Positions 54,699 to 64,000 of a DNA stretch of 64,000 nt are shown piece by piece. The stretch lies in assembly GCF_009914755.1 (NCBI RefSeq), contig NC_060946.1; one strand, given 5' to 3'. The notes beneath the pieces were generated by a model, which made no database searches, was not told the origin of the DNA, and worked only from the letters and a program-made list of their open reading frames with translations. Position 1 is the first letter of the stretch. Each line of letters begins with the position of its first letter. The position numbers and the translations under genes are program-made. The stretch is from the human T2T-CHM13v2.0 reference genome, Homo sapiens.

Positions 54699-56828
54699 TT
54701 ATATATGTTATATACTATATGTTATGGAATATGCTTTATATGTAATATATAACCTCATATATATTATATGTCATAATACATAATATTTATCCTATGTCAT
54801 CTTATATATATTATGTATATTACATAACGTATATAATATATAATACATATTATGCATCTTAAATATGAAAATATATAATTATTGATAACATAACATATAG
54901 TTATATATAATATGATATATAACGTATATACTATATCATATGTGATATATAATATATATATTTTTATTACATATTATAGTTTATATATATTATAATTTAT
55001 ATAAAGATATAATTATTTATGTAATATAAATAATTATATATAATTATATAATGAGGTATAATATAAATAATAATATATACGATTACATAATTATGTAGTT
55101 ATCTGTATAAAAATATAATTATATATATAATTATATATATCATATAATAGACAACATACATATTATATAATGTATAATATATATTATACAATATATGATA
55201 CATATATGATATTTAATATATCATAATAGAATATATATTTTAATATTATGTATGTAACATATATTATGTGATATATAATATATATTATGTAATATAAAAT
55301 AATATAATATAATATATATTATATTATGATATATTATGTAAAGTAAGTAATAAAATTACATATAACATAACACATAGTTATGTATAATATAACGTATAAT
55401 TATATACGTTATATTTTATATGTACATATAATATTATACAGTTATATATAATTTTGAATAGTTACATATAATGTAATATAAAACATATATAATATATATC
55501 ATAAAATATATATTTTATACCATATATAATATGTATCATATATTGTGTGTTATATGTCATATATTGTATATCATATATCGTATGTTATATATTATATACA
55601 TCACATTCCACATATTGTGTATTAAAAATTATATATAATATATGACATACATTACATTATATTTGATAAATTATACATTATATGTAACATAGTATATATT
55701 ATATGTAACATGTATATTCTATGGAAAATATATAATATATAACATATATTACATATAATTAATGACATAGACATATAATATATATTTAATATATGTATTA
55801 TACATACAACATATTGTATATAATATATAACATATATTTCATAAAAGTCATAAAATATAATATATATTGTATGTCATATTTTACATTTACAGTTATATGT
55901 TATTATATGTTATTTTATCTCATATATAACATAGAAACAATATATATTATATATAATGTATATTATATATAACATAGATATAATAGATATAATATATGTA
56001 ATGTATATTATATATTTAATACGTATATTAACCATATAATATATTCTATATATGAAATATAATATATCTTATATATGTCATAAAATATAACGTATAATAT
56101 GTGTCATATTGTATAAATATAATGCTTATCTATTATCAAGTATTATATGACATATGATATATATAATATAAGACGCAGGATGTAAAACAATATTATATAT
56201 ATGTTATATGTATTATATATACGATACTATATATTATTATATACATAATGTATATTTATATTTGTGGGTGCCCTATTCCCCATCTGATAACTTGTTGTAA
56301 GAAGCGCAGCGTAATAATGTGTGGGCTTGGGATTCTGTTTTTGAAACAAAACACTGAGCCTTCAATGACCTTTCGGTCTCTGTAAAAGCACTCCTGTCTT
56401 CCTGGCAGCTGTTGGACCTCACAATGTTGATTGTGCCCTCACCCTGCAATGTTGATGCCCTATCGCCATGGTGACGGGATTAGGGATCTCCTGCTCTTGG
56501 TCCTAAGGGCCACTGTCTGTTCTGTGTTTTCCAAAGGTCAGAACAGATTGAACCTTTGTGGTTTTATTTTCCCTGAGTTTGATTTTTCTCATGGGGAACC
56601 TGTGTTGCTGCTTTGAACGTATATTCATACTGGCCTTTCAAATGCCAACTCTTCATATTACTAGTTAATGCTTTCAAAATATGTTATTTAAAAAATGATC
56701 CTCAGTATTGTCCATATGCAGTTATAAATACGTTTCATGGTTATGTTTTATTCCTCAGTTTACATATTTGATTATTGTACCAAGCAGAGTACCTTTGAAA
56801 TGTTTTTCCATTTAAAAAATATGAATCT

Positions 56829-57120
<292 letters not shown>

Positions 57121-59245
57121 TTATATATGGTATATACTATATGTTATGGAATATGCTTTATATGTAATATATAACCTCATATATATTATATGTAATAATA
57201 CATAATATTTATCCTATGTCATCTTATATATATTATGTATATTACATAACGTATATAATATATAATACATATTATGCATCTTAAATATGAAAATATATAA
57301 TTATTGATAACATAACATATAATTATATACAATATGATATATAACGTATATACTATATCATATGTGATATATAATATATATATTTTTATTACATATTATA
57401 ATTTATATATATTATAATTTATATAAAGATATAATTATTTATGTAATATAAATATATATAATTATATAATGAGGTATATTATAAATAATAATACATACGA
57501 TTACATAATTATGTAGTTATCTGTATAAAAATATAATTATATATATAATTATATATATCATATCATAGACAACATACATATTATATAATGTATAATATAT
57601 AATATACAATATATGATACATATATGATATTTAATATATCATAATAGAATATATATTTTAATATTATGTATATAACATATATTATGTGATATATAATATA
57701 TATTATGTAATATAAAATAATATAATATAATATATATTATATTATGATATATTATGTAAAGTAAGTAATAAAATTACATATAACATAATATATAGTTATG
57801 TATAATATAACGTATAATTATATACGTTATATTTTATATGTACATATAATATTATACAGTTATATATAATTTTGAATAGTTACATATAATGTAATATAAA
57901 ACATATATAATATATATCATAAAATATATATTTTATACCATATATAATATGTATCATATATTGTGTGTTATATGTCATATATTGTATATCATATATCGTA
58001 TGTTATATGTTATATATATCACATTCCACATATTGTGTATTATAAATTATATATAATATATGACATACATTACATTATATTTGATAAATTATACATTATA
58101 TGTAACATAGTATATATTATATGTAACATGTATATTCTATGGAAAATATATAATATATAACATATATTACATATAATTAATGACATAGACATATAATATA
58201 TATTTAATATATGTATTATACATACAACATATTGTATATAATATATAACATATATTACATAAAAGTCGTAAAATATAATATATATTGTATGTCATATTTT
58301 ACATTTACAGTTATATATTATTATATGTTATTTTATCTCATATATAACATAGAAACAATATATATTATATATAATGTATATTATATATAACATAGATATA
58401 ATAGATATAATATATGTAATGTATATTATATATTTAATACGTATATTAACCATATAATATATTCTATATATAAAATATAATATATCTTATATATGTCATA
58501 AAATATAACTTATATTATGTGTCATATTGTATAAATATAATGCTTATCTATTATCAATTATTATATGACATATAATATATATAATATAAGACGCAGGATG
58601 TAAAACAATATTATATATATGTTATATGTATTATATATACGATACTATATATTATTATATACATAATGTATATTTATATTTGTGGGTGCCCTATTCCCCA
58701 TCTGATAACTTGTTGTAAGAAGCGCAGCGTAATCATGTGTGGGCTTGGGATTCTGTTTTTGAAACAAAACACTGAGCCTTCAATGACCTTTCGGTCTCTG
58801 TAAAAGCACTCCTGTCTTCCTGGCAGCTGTTGGACCTCACAATGTGGATTGTGCCCTCACCCTGCAATGTTGATGCCCTATCGCCATGGTGACGGGATTA
58901 GGGATCTCCTGCTCTTGGTCCTAAGGGCCACTGTCTGTGCTGTGTTTTCCAAAGGTCAGAACAGATTTAACCTTTGTGGTTTTATTTTCCCTGAGTTTGA
59001 TTTTTCTCATGGGGAACCTGTGTTGCTGCTTTGAACGTATATTCATACTGGCCTTTCAAATGCCAACTCTTCATATTACTAGTTAATGCTTTCAAAATAT
59101 GTTATTTAAAAAATGATCCTCAGTATGGTCCATATGCAGTTATGAATACGTTTCATGGTTATGTTTTATTCCTCAGTTTACATATTTGATTATTGTACCA
59201 AGCAGAGTACCTTTGAAATGTTTTTCCATTTAAAAATATGAATCT

Positions 59246-59537
<292 letters not shown>

Positions 59538-61662
59538 TTATATATGGTATATACTATATGTTATGGAATATGCTTTATATGTAATATATAACCTCATATA
59601 TATTATATGTCATAATACATAATATTTATCCTATGTCATCTTATATATATTATGTATATTACGTAACGTATATAATATATAATACATATTATGCATCTTA
59701 AATATGAAAATATATAATTATTGATAACATAACATATAGTTATATATAATATGATATATAACGTATATACTATATCATATGTGATATATAATATATATAT
59801 TTTTATTACATATTATAATTTATATATATTATAATTTATATAAAGATATAATTATTTATGTAATATAAATATATATAATTATATAATGAGGTATAATATA
59901 AATAATAATACATACGATTACATATTTATGTAGTTATCTGTATAAAAATATAATTATATATATAATTATATATATCATATAATAGACAACATATATATTA
60001 TATAATGTATAATATATATTATACAATATATGATACATATATGATATTTAATATATCATAATAGAATATATATTTTAATATTATGTATGTAACATATATT
60101 ATGTGATATATAATATATATTATGTAATATAAAATAATATAATATAATATATATTATATTATGATATATTATGTAAAGTAAGTAATAAAATTACATATAA
60201 CATAATATATAGTTATGTATAATATAACGTATAATTATATACGTTATATTTTATATGTACATATAATATTATACAGTTATATATAATTTTGAATAGTTAC
60301 CTATAATGTAATATAAAACATATATAATATATATCATAAAATATATATTTTATACCATATATAATATGTATCATATATTGTGTGTTATATGTCATGTATT
60401 GTATATCATATATCGTATGTTATATGTTATATATATCACATTCCACATATTGTGTATTATAAATTATATATAATATATGACATACATTACATTATATTTG
60501 ATAAATTATACATTATATGTAACATAGTATATATTATATGTAACATGTATATTCCATGGAAAATATATAATATATAACATATATTACATATAATTAATGA
60601 CATAGACATATAATATATATTTAATATATGTATTATAGATACAACATATTGTATATAATATATAACATATATTACATAAATGTCATAAAATATAATATAT
60701 ATTGTATGTCATATTTTACATTTACAGTTATATATTATTATATGTTATTTTATCTCATATATAACATAGAAACATTATATATTATATATAATGTATATTA
60801 TATATAACATAGATATAATAGATTAATATATGTAAGGTATATTATATATTTAATACGTGTATTAAACATATAATATATTCTATATATGAAATATAATATA
60901 TCTTATATGTGTCATAAAATATAACGTATAATATGTGTCATATTGTATAAATATAATGCTTATCTATTATCAATTATTATATGACATATAATATATATAA
61001 TATAAGACGCAGGATGTAAAACAATATTATATATATGTTATATGTATTATATATACGATAGTATATATTATTATATACATAATGTATATTTATATTTGTG
61101 GGTGCCCTATTCCCCATCTGATAACTTGTTGTAAGAAGCGCAGCGTAATAATGTGTGGGCTTGGGATTCTGTTTTTGAAACAAAACACTGAGCCTTCAAT
61201 GACCTTTCGGTCTCTGTAAAAGCACTCCTGTCTTCCTGGCAGCTGTTGGACCTCACAATGTGGATTGTGCCCTCACCCTGCAATGTTGATGCCCTATCGC
61301 CATGGTGACGGGATTAGGGATCTCCTGCTCTTGGTCCTAAGGGCCACTGTCTGTGCTGTGTTTTCCAAAGGTCAGAACAGATTGAACCTTTGTGGTTTTA
61401 TTTTCCCTGAGTTTGATTTTTCTCATGGGGAACCTGTGTTGCTGCTTTGAACGTATATTCATACTGGCCTTTCAAATGCCAACTCTTCATATTACTAGTT
61501 AATGCTTTCAAAATATGTTATTTAAAAAATTATCCTCAGTATTGTCCATATGCAGTTATAAATACGTTTCATGGTTATGTTTTATTCCTCAGTTTACATA
61601 TTTGATTATTGTACCAAGCAGAGTACCTTTGAAATGTTTTTCCATTTAAAAAATATGAATCT

Positions 61663-61954
61663 TGGCTCAGGCCTGTAATCCCAGCAAATTTGGAGGCCAA
61701 GGCAAGGGGATCACAAGGTGAAGAGATCAAGACCATCCTGGCCAATACAGTGAAAGGCTGTCACTACTAAAAATCCAAAAAACTAGCTAGGCATGGTGGC
61801 AGCTGGTGTAGTCCCAGTGTGGTGTAGTCCCAGCTACCTGGGAGGCTGAGGGAGGACGATCGCTTGAACCCGTGAGGCAGGTGTTGCAGTGAGCAAAGAT
61901 GGCGCCATTGTACTTCACCCTGTGAAACACGACAAGACTCTGTCTGAAAAAAAA
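61663..61954 (+). mobile_element. Alu remnant, unit 26
   Basis: Same Alu sequence as 1173-1461. Confidence 0.92.
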
Positions 61955-63518
61955 TTATATATGGTATATACTATATGTTATGGAATATGCTTTATATGTA
62001 ATATATAACCTCATATATATTATATATCATAATACATAATATTTATCCTATGTCATCTTATATATATTATGTATATTACATAACGTATATAATATATAAT
62101 ACATATTATGCATCTTAAATAAGAAAATATATAATTATTGATAACATAACATATATTTATATATAATATGATATATAACGTATATACTATATCATATGTG
62201 ATATATAATGTATATATTTTTATTACATATTATAATTTATATATATTATAATTTATATAAAGATATAATTATTTATGTAATATAAATAATTATATACAAT
62301 TATATAATGAGGTATATTATAAATAATAATATATACGATTACATATTTATGTAGTTATCTGTATAAAAATATAATTATATATATAATTATATATATCATA
62401 TAATAGACAACATACATATTATATAATGTATAATATATATTATACAATATATGATACATATATGATATTTAATATATCATAATAGAATATATATTTTAAT
62501 ATTATGTATGTAACATATATTATGTGATATATAATATATATTATGTAATATAAAATAATATAATATAATATATATTATATTATGATATATTATGTAAAGT
62601 AAGTAATAAAATTACATATAAAATAATACATAGTTATGTATAATATAACGTATAATTATATACGTTATATTTTATATGTACATATAATATTATACAGTTA
62701 TATATAATTTTGAATAGTTACATATAATGTAATATAAAACATATATAATATATATCATAAAATATATATTTTATACCATATATAATATGTATCATATATT
62801 GTGTGTTATATGTCATATATTGTATATCATATATCGTATGTTATATGTTATATATATCACATTCCACATATTGTGTATTATAAATTATATATAATATATG
62901 ACATACATTACATTATATTTGATAAATTATACATTATATGTAACATAGTATATATTATATGTAACATGTATATTCTATGGAAAATATATAATATATAACA
63001 TATATTACATATAATTAATGACATAGACATATAATATATATTTAATATATGTATTATACATACAACATATTGTATATAATATATAACATATATTACATAA
63101 AAGTCATAAAATATAATATATATTGTATGTCATATTTTACATTTACAGTTATATATTATTATATGTTATTTTATCTCATATATAACATAGAAACAATATA
63201 TATTATATATAATGTATATTATATATAACATAGATATAATAGATATAATATATGTAATGTATATTATATATTTAATACGTATATTAACCATATAATATAT
63301 TCTATATATAAAATATAATATATCTTATATATGTCATAAAATATAACTTATATTATGTGTCATATTGTATAAATATAATGCTTATCTATTATCAATTATT
63401 ATATGACATATAATATATATAATATAAGACGCAGGATGTAAAACAATATTATATATATGTTATATGTATTATATATACGATACTATATATTATTATATAC
63501 ATAATGTATATTTATATT

Positions 63519-64000
63519 TGTGGGTGCCCTATTCCCCATCTGATAACTTGTTGTAAGAAGCGCAGCGTAATAATGTGTGGGCTTGGGATTCTGTTTTTGA
63601 AACAAAACACTGAGCCTTCAATGACCTTTCGGTCTCTGTAAAAGGACTCCTGTCTTCCTGGCAGCTGTTGGACCTCACAATGTGGATTGTGCCCTCACCC
63701 TGCAATGTTGATGCCCTATCGCCATGGTGACGGGATTAGGGATCTCCTGCTCTTGGTCCTAAGGGCCACTGTCTGTGCTGTGTTTTCCAAAGGTCAGAAC
63801 AGATTGAACCTTTGTGGTTTTATTTTCCCTGAGTTTGATTTTTCTCATGGGGAACCTGTGTTGCTGCTTTGAACGTATATTCATACTGGCCTTTCAAATG
63901 CCAACTCTTCATATTACTAGTTAATGCTTTCAAAATATGTTATTTAAAAAATGATCCTCAGTATTGTCCATATGCAGTTATGAATACGTTTCATGGTTAT
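63519..64000. repeat. Partial HSATI-like subunit at the window end
   Basis: Matches 607-1088 and is cut by the window edge. Confidence 0.8.

Overview
The whole window is one uninterrupted head-to-tail tandem array of a ~2.42 kb unit (about 26.4 copies). The 27 copies of one anchor, from 775 to 63687, are spaced 2416-2422 bp apart. Each unit has three parts: a ~565 bp moderately AT-rich HSATI-like block, a 5'-truncated and diverged ~290 bp Alu on the + strand, and ~1.56 kb of extremely AT-rich degenerate (TA)n-like sequence that starts at the Alu A-tail. This architecture is that of the human DYZ2 (HSat1B) satellite, typical of Yq12 heterochromatin; the identification is from recall, not from a database search. 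I find no supportable protein-coding or RNA gene: all listed ORFs are repeat artefacts. I see no evidence for a new gene system. The signal of interest is in the variation between copies: a ~7-unit (16.94 kb) higher-order duplication, a 5-unit-offset copy, a short 13-unit-offset conversion-like tract, adjacent sister units, and one strongly divergent, CpG-depleted unit.
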